Positions 50,225-61,438 of a DNA stretch of 64,000 nucleotides are shown one piece after another (within the stretch, counting starts at the first letter, position 1; every line of letters begins with the position of its first letter). The stretch is from an uncultured delta proteobacterium (lineage in GTDB: Bacteria; Desulfobacterota; Binatia; UBA9968). The position numbers and the translations under genes are program-made. Location: assembly GCA_963745835.1 (NCBI GenBank), contig CAVUZH010000019.1, positions 128,001 through 192,000 on the forward strand, read 5' to 3'. The notes under the pieces were generated by a model, which saw only the letters and a program-made list of their open reading frames with translations, was not told the origin of the DNA and did not search any database.

Positions 50225-51396
50225 TCAGACAAATTCAACAAAAATGGAATTCGCGAGCAACAATCCTTGAGCGGTAAGCCTGAGATTACCGTTTTTCTCG
50301 GTGATGAGCCCGGCTTCTCTCCACGTTTCTATCTTCGGATAGAACTCGACCGGAGACCTGCCAAAAGCTGAACGAAATGCTTCTAACGAAACTCCCGATG
50401 TCATTCTTAAACCTAAAAAAAGAAACTCACCTGCAGCTTTGTCTCGATCGATATTTTCCCGCTCAGTGATCGCAATACTGCTTTGATTGATGCGTGCCAT
50501 ATAGCGTCCGGGATTCTTCTCGTTGCTCCAACGCTCTCTCGCTATCGGGTCCACACCTATTTGTAAGTAACTATGGGCGCCGGCGCCGAGGCCGAGATAA
50601 TCGCCCAGTCGCCAGTAGTTTACGTTATGCCGCGAATAACAGTTCGACAAAGCGTAATTTGATATTTCATAACGCTTTAATCCGGCTGCGCCAAGTTTCG
50701 CTTCGATGAGTTCCGCCATGGCGATCTCTTCGTCCTCGGTTAATGCGCTCAGTCTGCCGCAGCGATACTCGTGGTGAAAAGGCGTGCCTTCTTCAAACGT
50801 CAGGTTGTACGCCGATAGGTGCGGCGATCGATATTCCAGCGCGGCATCTAGATCGTCTTCCAACTCCTTCAAAGTCTGGCCTGGGATTAGCGAAAATCAA
50901 GATCGAGACTGAAGTTATCGAACCCAGCTCTAACGACCACTTCGAGCGCTTTGCGCCCCTCCTCCGCTGTATGAACCCGGCCGAGAAATTTGAGCAGCCG
51001 AGGTTGAAAGGATTGGATGCCAACACTGATGCGATTGATTCCGGCATCGCGATAGCCGGAAAAATTGCCATAGTCGACAGTGCCGGGATTGGCCTCGAGG
51101 GTAATCTCGCAATTTGGATCGATAGGAAACGACGAAAAGGCGCGCTCCAAGATGACGCCGATGCTTGAAGGCGCGAAGGTGGACGGAGTGCCGCCGCCAA
51201 AAAAAATGGTTTGAACCGTTCGTCCCTGCCAATTCGGTGCGCTGGCGTAATGATCCAGCTCGCGGATCAAAGCATCCGTGTAGTCATGTTCAGGAATTTG
51301 CGCAACCACGTGAGAATTGAAGTCGCAGTAGGGGCATTTGCTGATGCAGTACGGGATATGAATGTAAAGCGAAAAGGGCTTCATGTTGACCGGCAT
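50225..51396 (-). CDS. hemW: radical SAM heme chaperone HemW (frameshift near 50895)
   Basis: YIHIPYCISKCPYCDFN, GGGTPS, EANP, YEISNY, HNVNYW, GLGAGAHS. Confidence 0.93.
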
Positions 51397-51788
51397 GTTC
51401 CTAACATAAGATCGAAAACCGCAACCTACAACAGCGTCGATTGACAACAACCGCGGCAGATTTCGTGCTGGAAGTCCACGAGTTCACGATACAGCCATTC
51501 AGTGAGAGTCGCTTAAGCGAGTCAAAGCAGCTACGCCATCCGGTTCCCAAGGTGATCAGATCCATGACGTTTTGCAGGACCGAAGAAACCGGCACGCAGG
51601 TAGTTATATCAGTAACAGAGCCTCCCATGATCGACGGCCATGGGCAAATTGCATCCGGAACGAAGCAAAAGCGGCCATGAGTAAAACTCTTATTCTTTTC
51701 GACTTCTCTGAAATAACAATAACGTCACTAGGTTCCGCGCCGCTGCAGGGCATCTCCTTTGCTACTCACTGTGTCGAATGGGCGAAAC

Positions 51789-52665
51789 ATGGAAGTAAAT
51801 AACACCGAATTAAAGAAATCGAGCTGGCAAGCAAGCTACATTCTTGTAGCGCTTGTTCTGGTCCTTTTCAGTTATGGCTGCGCGATTTTTCGCGGCCTTT
51901 CCGAGTCTGAAGTTCAAAGTGAGCAGAGCCCGCCGGTTGTTTTTTATCAAAAACCGACTGATCCGGTCGTTTCGGATTCTCCCACACTGGTAAAAAATGA
52001 AAACAGCCGACCGGTCTTTTCGTCAAAGAAAGCTCTCAGTAAAGAGGAGATTCGTCAAATCCAAGCGCGGCTGAAGGCCGCCGGCTTTGACCCAGGACCA
52101 ATCGATGGCATTTTGGGATCTAAAACAAGGTCACTGATTTTGCGAGTTGAAGCGGGGTGTACGATACTCAATGAACTGGCAACCGCGAATGGGGAGCTCT
52201 TCGCGCCAGCGGCCGAGACACAAGCGCGCTGCCCTGACTGCTTCCGCAAACACTCTCAGCAAAACAGATATCCAGCTACTCCAGAAACGGCTGAAGGCCG
52301 CTGGGTTCTATGCCGGCCCTATCGATGGAATGCTAGGCGCTAGAACCAGATCGGCGCTTTCCCGATGCAAATCGGGATGCAGTGCGCTTAACGACCTTTC
52401 GGGAACTTCAGATAAACCGGTCTTCGAACAGGCTACAGAGATACAATCGTCACGCGCTCCCGCCTTTGCCCAACCAACCTCTTCGGTCGATAACGTCTCT
52501 GGGAATCAGGAAATCCGGCGAGTGCAGGAGCGGCTGAAAGCCGCCGGTTTTGATCCAGGCCCTATAGATGGGATTCTGGGCCCTCAAACCAAGTCGGCAC
52601 TCGAGAAGTACCGCTCTTCCCACAAGTTGACCCATTCAGGAATCGACGCCTTGCCTCACTACTGA
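51789..52665 (+). CDS. lipoprotein with three peptidoglycan-binding domains (frameshift near 52230)
   Basis: Lipobox-like LFSYGC; three copies of Q.RLKAAGF..GPIDG.LG..T.S. Confidence 0.82.
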
Positions 52666-52894
52666 TCGAAAAAGCTTTCACGAAACTTTCCAGAAGGCGG
52701 CACGAACTTCTCTCGAAGCTTTCTGATCAGTTATCGGCCGGGCCAGCCGCGCGGCCGCATCCTAGATGACAAGCCCAAATTGCTCTGAGGCGTTTCGCTC
52801 CGCCTAACGGTATACCGTGACGAGATGTTCGTTTTCTTCCACTACAAAGGGCGTCCGCCGCCGTTTCTCTTTTTTGAGACCTGCCCTCAATTTC

Positions 52895-53425
52895 TCAATT
52901 TAACGTTATGCTACCCCATATCCGCGGAGGAATAAGCCCGTGAGCATCGTCAAGGCACCCTTCGATTTCACCCGCAGCGACTGGTTTTGGGCCCAGTGAA
53001 ATATCCGCAGCGAATCTGGCAATGCCGTTACCACAACCAATGCTTACATTGAGAGCTGAAGGCCACACAACTTCGCCATTAAGCACGCGACCGCTGTGCG
53101 TTGTGCCGTCCGCCGCTTGCCAAGACCATCTGCCACCGAGGACCGCAACGGAACCGCCGATTCCTGTAGATCCCTGATAATCAATTCTTGCACTGCAGAG
53201 ACCGCCATCAGTCTGTGCTGGGCTCAGCCAGTTCTCACTTAATTCGTGCGTCCAGCAGACAAAGATCACACCTCTAGTGACATTGCCGTGCGTGACGCCC
53301 AGAAAAATCTCCCAACCGGAAAAATCGGTCTGGTGATCTCCATGGGCGAGCGCAGATTGACTGCCGATAAACGTCCAGACGGTAAGAATCAAAATCCACA
53401 TCCAGCTACGCATTTTTAGTCGCAT
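52895..53425 (-). CDS. secreted hypothetical beta-rich protein with 4 Cys
   Basis: AAGGA RBS; signal MRLKMRSWMWILILTVWTFIGSQSALA. Confidence 0.7.
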   Translation of the reverse strand: MRLKMRSWMWILILTVWTFIGSQSALAHGDHQTDFSGWEIFLGVTHGNVTRGVIFVCWTHELSENWLSPAQTDGGLCSARIDYQGSTGIGGSVAVLGGRWSWQAADGTTHSGRVLNGEVVWPSALNVSIGCGNGIARFAADISLGPKPVAAGEIEGCLDDAHGLIPPRIWGSITLN

Positions 53426-53466
53426 GTTTTTCGTCCTTATCAAACCGAACATTTTGCCTTGCGACC

Positions 53467-53494
53467 CAAAAGAAAAAAAGGTTCCTGACACCTT
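53467..53494 (-). terminator. weak hairpin plus U-tract (terminator or REP-like)
   Basis: Minus strand AAGGT-GTCAGGA-ACCTT-TTTTTCTTTT. Confidence 0.3.
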
Positions 53495-53512
53495 CCTGTT
53501 TCTCTGCTGACC

Positions 53513-54107
53513 TCATTGAGGTGGTGCGCAGGTGAAAACTGCGTTGTGCGGAGCTTTACCCGTGATCGGATCTCGTTGATTTAGCGGATTCGTCATGTCC
53601 AGGGCGCATGTCACGGGACTCGAGTCCAAGAGTTCCTTTCTCTGTGCAGGGTCCAGCATTTTCGACCAGACACCAAAGCACGGTGCCGGAAAAATCAAGC
53701 GCCATAGCCGAGTCCACGATCGGAATCCAGCGACGATTCGGACAATTAGTAGAAACTTCAAATTGGTTTAACGGCAACAAGACTGTTGTAGTCGTCTCAC
53801 CATTATTCGTAATATCGCCTGAACCCAATGGAATGGAATCAGTCAACGGACGATGAAATGCAACGCCGTTAAAGAGCCCGTTATTAGCTGGATTAATGCA
53901 GGCTATCTGAATAGTAGCGGTGACGGTAACTGTTATTTGCGAAGGCTGGCCTTGTGGGTTGGGAGTTTTGATCGTGCGGATCTGCCCCTCAATTTCACTA
54001 AAACCGAACCATCCCCACCCGTCAAAGGATTGCGCATTCGCATGCGTGCCCAACATTGCGACCATGCTTATAACCAACGCGCCGATCAGAATTAGTCTCT
54101 TAAACAT
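53513..54107 (-). CDS. secreted Cys-rich hypothetical protein (probable frameshift near 53635)
   Basis: AAGGAGG RBS; signal MFKRLILIGALVISMVAMLGTHANA; likely C-terminus ...DSSPVTCALD...FTCAPPQ in ORF 53513-53761. Confidence 0.7.
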
Positions 54108-54251
54108 TTTTCTCTCCTCCTTGTTGTTGAATCCGTTGTTGAATCTCGTTGTGTTCTCGCCTGAGCTTTTTCGCTTTTAAAAAGTTTCTGATCTTCATTT
54201 ATTTACATAAATACCTCCGTTTGAATAGGCACGGCTTGCCGTTTCTCTACG

Positions 54252-57200
54252 CTACGGCAGCGCTAATGTGATTCTTGTGAAAATGGTTCTGTCAGGTCGT
54301 ATGCTGGCGTTGTTAATGTCTGGATCAAAATACTTGAACTTTTTGTCAAAAAGATTGCTCGCGCCAACGGCAATGAAACCATATCGCTTCGGCAGGCGAT
54401 AGCTGATTGCCGCATCGACGGTCCAAAAGTCATCGCTGCCGTGTCGAATAGTATTCCCGGTAAATAATCCGCCAAAGTTACCGTCTTGATTGTAGTATGT
54501 CCCGGTGACTGAGGCGCCGAATCCTGAGGGATGAAAAAAATTGATCCCTAAAGGAACACGGTGCGTATCCGCCTCGGTCACTCCCGCCGGGAATTGCCTG
54601 TCCCTTTCGAATCGCTCGAATATATATTGCGCTCTCAATGCCCACCATGGGTGGGGAGTCCAGAAAAGATAGGTACGGGCTAGTTTTTCTTCCCAGTCGG
54701 CTTCTTGGGTCGGAGGGTTGAGTAGGATTAGCTGCAAAATTCAAGAACGGAACTTTCAGATCCCGCTTGGAAAATTCTACGCCTCCGAATAGGTCCTTTG
54801 TAAACTTCTGATCGATAGCACCTCCATAGCGCCATGCCTCTGTTAGATTAAGATCGTCGAAGAATTGATTAAAACCGGCAACCTGTGTGGGCTCCAGGGT
54901 CTGTTGGGTGATCAGCGTTCTCTTCAAGGTCCGGAACGCAGCCGCACGAACGGTCGTGCCTGCAAATGGATTCCAGGTAATCCCGGTTTTCGGGTTGACC
55001 TGGTGCTTATCCTCACCCGGAAAATCGCCGGTCAGGGCGTCAAAGCTGACCCCAAGCGTAAAGGTCACATTCTTTATCAGGTTGATCTGGGAGTAGGAGT
55101 AAACATTGGCGTGATGGGTCACGAGGGGTGTGGTTGCTAGCCGGGTTAGTGTCGGAGGTGTAAGAGGAGGACCCGGTATGAGAGGAGGACCAACGGTTGT
55201 CAGACTATCCTGTTCTGCATTGACGTCGAAATATCCTCCGCCGCTCGTGAGATTAAAGTACCGCGAACGAAATAGGTGTTGGAGCTCGCCTCCGGCAGAA
55301 CGTTGATGAGGAATTTCAAACTCGACTAAACGAACTCCAGGTTGAGGAAACTGGTCATCTCTCTGCTTCGGATCGGTCACTTGATAGGTAAAATTGCCGA
55401 GAATGATCGAATTCGGCGAAAAGGAGTGCCGTGCACCCACGCGGATGGAGTTTCTCTCATCCTCGTTTCTTCGTCCGGGAAAGAAGTCTTGCGGGAAGAA
55501 TCTGAGTAGCAGATCGCCTGTATCGAGGTGTCTGTAGCGATATTCAGCCTGAACGCTTGTGTCAGGCGTAAGTTCCAGTTGTAAGAAAGCATTGGCGATA
55601 GTGTCTTTTTGATCACTATTTGTTCGGAACCCATCTGTTCGATAGTGGAATCCACCAAGGCTAAAGCCGGCATTTTTATAGATTCCGGAGAGAACTCCTT
55701 CTCCACTGTATGTGCTATTCTCGCCCGCCAGACCGCTTGTCTGAAACGTAACTCCGTCACGGTTGAAAATCGGATTAAACTCGTTAAAAGACAGCGCCCC
55801 CGGACCTCCGGCACTAATCAGAAACAAATTACTCTCTGCGAGCCGCGGTTGAATCGGCGTCATATTGAGTGGCTGAAGCAGTTGAGACTGGAGGAGCTCG
55901 CTGACGCGGGCGATCTCGTGACGCGGCAAAACGGAATACGAATCGGCAAGAAATCGGTGCGCGGAAAAGTTGCTTGGATCGGTATTGACGGACTTCCAAC
56001 CTTCCACCAGCGCAAGCTGCTGAAATCCTAAATCAGTGTAAATCCGCGCAAGGCTTGCGCTGCGCGCCGCCAGGTCGGCGTCGAGCTGCAGGCGAGAACG
56101 GTACACCGCGCGGTTCTCATTCAACTCGATCGCTTTCTCCATGTCTTGTAGAGCCTCGACAGGACGGTTTGTAGTTTGCTTTTGGATCGCATCGTAGAAG
56201 TAAGGCGTAGGATCCTTTGGGTCGAGTTCTTTAGCGGTGGTATACTCGCGTTCAGCTAACTCCGAGCGTTTTTCTTCGTAGTAGGCTTTGCCAAGATAGC
56301 TTCGAACAATCGAATTGTTCGGATCCAAGCTTTCGGCGATCTCGAGATCGCGTCTCCCATCTTCAAAATTACTTTCCCGGATCTTTGCTAAGCCCAGACC
56401 TAGTCTTGAGAGAGAGTCGGCCTGATCGAGCACAATAGCTTGTTCGAAGGCCGCCTTTGCCTCCTCCGTATTCACCCGCAGCAAATGGGCGAATCCCAGA
56501 ACCATCTGTGTTCTTGAAAGATTCGGATTGAGCGAGACCGCCTTTTGCGCCGCCGCCAGCGCTTCATCCAGTTCAGCGAAAGACATATGGAGCTCAGCTA
56601 GCCTGGCCCAAGCTAGAGCGTCATTCGGGTTTGCTCGCACGGCTTGTTGTAGGCTAGCTGCGGGCGCCTTCGAGATCGAAATTTGCCTGCTGGGCATAGG
56701 ATAGGGCGATCAGCGCTGAGGCTGACTTCGGATCGGCGGCAACGGCTTTTCTCGCGACACTGAGCGCTCTTTCCTTATCGTTTTGTACAACCGCAATAAT
56801 GGATTGCAGCGCCAGCGCATCGCCATAGTTCGGATTCAAGCTCAGCGCGCGCTCGATGTCTTTACTCGCCTCATCAACCCGGCCGACACCGAGCAGCAGT
56901 TGCGCACGGTAGGCGAAAAATCGCGGCTCCGTAACGTCGGCCGGCACATCCCTAATCGCCTCGAACGCCGCTTGGTAATCACCTTTCATGTAAGCGTCCA
57001 AAGATTTCTGAACCATGCCTCGCCACGGCTCCGGGCCTTGAAAGTCTTCAGCTCGAAAATATGTCACGGGCGGATAGTACAATGCCCATTGCACGGCATC
57101 GCGCGGACGGACAACGGTGCGCAGTACTGGGGCTCTTCCTTGCACGGCTTCTGCCGACTGACCATCTGTCAGCGACAGGCTGCCTGCGGCGTTGGCGGCC

Positions 57201-57689
57201 AGCACCTTGCCTTCGAATATCGTGACGAATGTCCGATCAGCAGCGACTTCTACTAGCCCCTCCGTTCCTTCCACACCTGCGTTTACGAACGCCGTATTGA
57301 TTTCGAGATTGCGTGGTAGACGGCTAAAAAAATGTAAGGCGCCCCGCGCCAACTCGATCAGCGAGGTTTGTTCTTCTCGTAGGCCCCCCAGAGTCACCGT
57401 GGTGTTCTGATCGAGACGAAGAAGCGGTTGGTTGACGAGCGCGAGGTCTGCCCTGCTTCTCTCGGCAACTTGGATCCTATCCCCCGCACAATAGCCGTCG
57501 TTCAGACGAGCCTGTTGCGACTGAGCCTGTCCAGCTCTCCGGACTTCTACATTTCCTTGGACCGAGACCATTCTGGCCACGACTGGATCACAGGGGGTCG
57601 CGCGCAGGAGAACTGGATGAGTGTGACAATACCGCAAGAACACTCGTCAGGAAAAAAGGAGAGAATAAGGACCGAGGTATGTTTTTCAT
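54252..57689 (-). CDS. large outer-membrane protein, FecR-like domain + TPR array + beta-barrel (NsrA-like); frameshifts near 57600, 56660 and 54720
   Basis: Signal MKNIPRSLF...; FecR (GDRIQV..RSRADL, LRLDQNT, AGVEGT); many TPRs; barrel end VDAAISYRLPKRYG..VGASNLFD. Confidence 0.82.
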
Positions 57690-57745
57690 GGCTGGTACTC
57701 TCCGCACGACTGCATCGACGTAAAGAAGGTAGAACTGCTACATTA

Positions 57746-59995
57746 TTATTTATCCTCCAGAGGAATGATTCCTTCCCAGTCTTCCTCGGGCGGGTTCTGC
57801 TTATATTGCTCACACAGCTTTATGTAAAAATGCGCGGAACCACCGATGCTGCCGTTATCGATGGCATGATGAAATTTTTCCTCGGCTTCGTCCCAAGACT
57901 TTCGTCTGAAGGCACTGAGAGCATCAGCAAATATTTCGCGAGATTTTTTCTGTTGTTCGTCGAATTCCTCGACCCGACACAACAACTCATGAATGGTTAG
58001 AGGTTGGCTTTTTCCTTTGAGCAAAAATTTCCCAAGCTCTGTAGTCAGTACACCATCTGTTTGCTCCAGAACCTCTTGCGATACCAAAATCTTAGTACCG
58101 AGATACTTATTCAGGCCGTCCATCCTCGATGCCGTATTGACGGTGTCGCCTCTGAGCCCATACTGGTAATACTCACCCGCGCCGATATTCCCATGGAAAA
58201 TTTCTCCGAAGTGGACCGCGACTCGCGTCGGCAAATTCACGTCTTTAAGCGAACCGTTAAAAAGATCTACGGCTTTGGCCAAATCCAAAGCAGCTAGGCA
58301 AGCTTGGTGTTTTAGTGCCGGCGAGGGTTGTGCGGCTTTCCATATGGCTAGAATCGAATCGCCCTTGAGCTCAACGATCAGGCCGCCGTTTCGCCGAATC
58401 GGCGTCAATGTCGCTTCGAAATATCGATGCATCAATTCAGTGAGCTGTTGGGGGTTCATCTTTTCCGACAACGTCGTATAACCTGCCACATCGGCAAACA
58501 GGCAGGCGCCGTATACCATTTGCCCGCTGTTTTTAATGTCGACGATGTTCTTGGCCAGCTGGTCGACGACCTCGTCCGGGACATAGTAGGCAAGAGCCTT
58601 TCGAATATGCTGGCGCTCTCGATTGGTCTCAACATAATTCCAGGCGACACCCGAGATGAATGCCAGTGGACTCTGTATAAACAACGGCACAAAAATCGGA
58701 TACCAGGTACCGTCGGCTGCGAACTGAAATTCCGCAGCCCAGAGGTAAACAAGACTCAACGCCAGCGTGCCGAAGATCGCGACCGTGAGCGAAGCGAGAC
58801 GACAGAGAATGCCGGTAACGATCCCCCACAAAAAAATGACGATTAGATAGCTGTATGGCCCGATGGGCTTCAAGGCGGTATCATGGAGCAGGTTGGAGAA
58901 CGCCGTAGCGGCAATTTCCACTCCGCCGATGAAAACCCCGTTGGCTTGCGAAAACACGGTGTAAAAACTGTCCTTTCTTTCCGCTAATATTCTTTCCGAC
59001 AGACCTACAAAGATTGCCTTACCTTTAAAATCTGGTGTTGCGCCGGCTATCCCTTCGCCGAGTTGGAGTGCTCGATGATAAGGGAGAGTCGTAATTGTTC
59101 CGGGCGGTCCATAGTAGTTTACGTATTGTCGACTTGAACCCCCGTAAAGTTTTACAAGAGACTTGAGCCATGAATTTGGTTCGCAGCAACTTGGGAGTCC
59201 GAGCGCTCCAGCTCTTCAATCATCCTGCGCTCGAAGGGATGGGTCGCTATCGAAGATATCTTTAATGTCCCTAACTACTTTTGACACGGCTTTCGCACTG
59301 ATCACTGTCTCCGAGTCGCCGGCAATTTCGCTGCTTCTGGCGGGCCTAGTTTTTTTAGCAGACGGATGAAGTCTTCGTATACTTTGATTGTGAATAGTTG
59401 GAACGCGACTACGGGAAAGGTGGGCGAGTCTCCGGTTCCTGCCTGAAACGTCCAGTACTGGTTTACCTTGAAAGGTATTCTGGGTAGTACAAACGGAGCT
59501 GTCGCGGCGGCCGATTGCGAGAAGGGAGCAAACGGCTTCATGATCTTTACGATGCGGTGCTCGCTGGCGTAGGCTCCCCCGGTGGCGCCCGGTATTTCTT
59601 TGGCCGTCAGCGCGTCAGCGAGCACAACGTTGCGCGCTTTCTGCATTGCCGCAGCAAATAACTTGTCATCATCGCTGTTCCGAGACTCGAGAAAGTGAAC
59701 ATCAAAAGTAATGACTGCCGCGCCTTGTTTTGACAGCTTGTCCACCAAGCGAGCATGTAGTGAACGAGGCCACTTATCAGGGTTGTCCGGGACGTTGAGT
59801 TGCTCCGATGACTCCCTGTCAATACTGATTACAACGGCATCTGAGGGCGCCTGCCTGACGCCTCTCAGTTTGAACAACAAGCCCAAACCAACGTCTTCCT
59901 CGAACTCGTGAGAGAATTGAAAAAAACTCAGAGATGAGGCCGATCAGACCTAAAAGTAAGCCTAAAGGTAGGGCCTTTAAAATCCGGGACATCAT
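57746..59995 (-). CDS. CHASE2-TM-class III nucleotide cyclase with C-terminal TPR-like helix (several frameshifts 59000-59930)
   Basis: CHASE2 VVISID...WPRSLHARLVD.L...A.VITFDV.F and GVEI.AT; 3 TM; FADVAGYT, ELKGD, GDTVNTASR. Confidence 0.9.
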
Positions 59996-60304
59996 TAATT
60001 TGCAGCCAGCCACCGAGCAAAAGGAATCGTCGACCCAGTTAAACGCGGTGTGGGATGAGGCTCTCCCATATCGCTAGCAGGGTACCGATGTCAAGTGGAT
60101 TAATTGTTACAAATTACAGTCGAAATACTTCCTGATAGGTCGAATTTCAGCGGACCGAATTCCGGCCCAAATCGAGTAAGACAAAAGTCGGAGGCGTAAC
60201 TCAGGCAGTCTCTTCGAGGCTCTCGCCGCAGACCCTTTGACAATGGTCAGCACCGCGGGTAAGTCGACGGACAAAATCCTAAAAGGGCATCGCTAAAATC
60301 ATCC

Positions 60305-60322
60305 ATCAGATTTCAATCTGAT
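60305..60322. promoter_or_regulatory. inverted repeat, putative operator in the divergent promoter region
   Basis: ATCAGATT-TC-AATCTGAT. Confidence 0.35.
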
Positions 60323-60385
60323 CTTACCTTACATGTGATAATGATATAGTCCGCTGTGCCATTCAGTGATGGGCAGGAGAAAATC

Positions 60386-61369
60386 ATGACTAAGATCGCC
60401 TATGCATTGTTGTTTTCCATAACGGTTCTTCTTTTTGGATTACCGAGATTAGAAGCGCAACCCACGCGAGTCGCTCGGATCGGTATTCTGTTACCCGAAT
60501 CCGGGCTCGACGAATCACAAACGGTAAAAGGATTTAGAGACGGTCTCAAGGAAGCCGGCTACAAAGAAGGCGAAAATATCATTGTGGAAGTGGAGGATGT
60601 CAAAGGCGCGCGATCGCACTTGCAAGGCGCACTCGAGGAGCTGGTGAGCAAGAGAGTAGACGTAATCTTTACGACAGGCACCCGAGCGACACGAGCGGCG
60701 ATGGCGACGACCAAAGAAATACCTATTGTCTTCCGCCATCCGGCTGATCCCGTGACCCTGGGACTTGTCAAGGACATAAACCGCCCCGGCGGAAACGTGA
60801 CTGGCGTCGCGGCATTTTCGTTGGAAGCGAACCAAAAACGTTTGGAGGTTCTGAAGCAGATTATTCCAAACCTCCGTCGTATACATATATTTTACGATGC
60901 CAACAACAGGTTCTCGCCGGATAACTTTGCTGCGGCGGAAAAATCGGCGCGCCAGCTGAAACTTGACGTGCTTGAGTACCCGGTGAAAACGGCGAGCGAA
61001 TTCAAGAGCTCCCTGGCTCAAATGGAAGTAACTCCGGGTGATGCCATATTCCAAATCGCCGATGATCTGGTAGAAAGCCAGGGATCGGTGCTTTTAGAGG
61101 AGGCGAAAAAGCGACGAATGGCTACTATGTTTCACTCGGAAGTATGGGCCAGTAGAGGAAGCTTGGCGGCTTATGGGCCCAACTATTATGAAATGGGCCG
61201 GCAGGCCGCCGATCTAGTTCAGAAAATCCTCAAAGGCGCGCACCCTAAAGATATAGCCGTGGCGCATGCAAATAAATTTGATCTGGCAATCAACCTGAGA
61301 ACCGCCAGCAGTATCGGTTTGAAAGTAGCGCCGGAGCTGTTGAAGAAGGCCGACAAGGTTATTCGATAG
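60386..61369 (+). CDS. ABC_sub_bind-family (PBP1) solute-binding protein
   Basis: RIGIL, GY.EG.NI, IPIVF...DPV..GLV....PGGNVTG, FDLAINLRTA, ADKVI. Confidence 0.9.
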   Translation: MTKIAYALLFSITVLLFGLPRLEAQPTRVARIGILLPESGLDESQTVKGFRDGLKEAGYKEGENIIVEVEDVKGARSHLQGALEELVSKRVDVIFTTGTRATRAAMATTKEIPIVFRHPADPVTLGLVKDINRPGGNVTGVAAFSLEANQKRLEVLKQIIPNLRRIHIFYDANNRFSPDNFAAAEKSARQLKLDVLEYPVKTASEFKSSLAQMEVTPGDAIFQIADDLVESQGSVLLEEAKKRRMATMFHSEVWASRGSLAAYGPNYYEMGRQAADLVQKILKGAHPKDIAVAHANKFDLAINLRTASSIGLKVAPELLKKADKVIR

Positions 61370-61438
61370 CGTAATTGAATACGCAGCAGAGGGTGTTATA
61401 CGGTCTGATAAGCGACTCTAAACGCTCCAGAGGTGAAC

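Noticed and set aside
51640-51690. c-di-GMP-I riboswitch-like GGGCAAA...GCAAAA
   Set aside because: The P2 stem, GNRA loop and receptor cannot be formed convincingly.
52861-54250. AGAGAAAC(G/A)G motif after each of three minus-strand genes
   Set aside because: Short, purine-rich and at variable distance from the stops; cannot be distinguished from chance.
61370-61438. Moco riboswitch before moaB
   Set aside because: The intergenic space is only ~70 bp and lacks the conserved motif.
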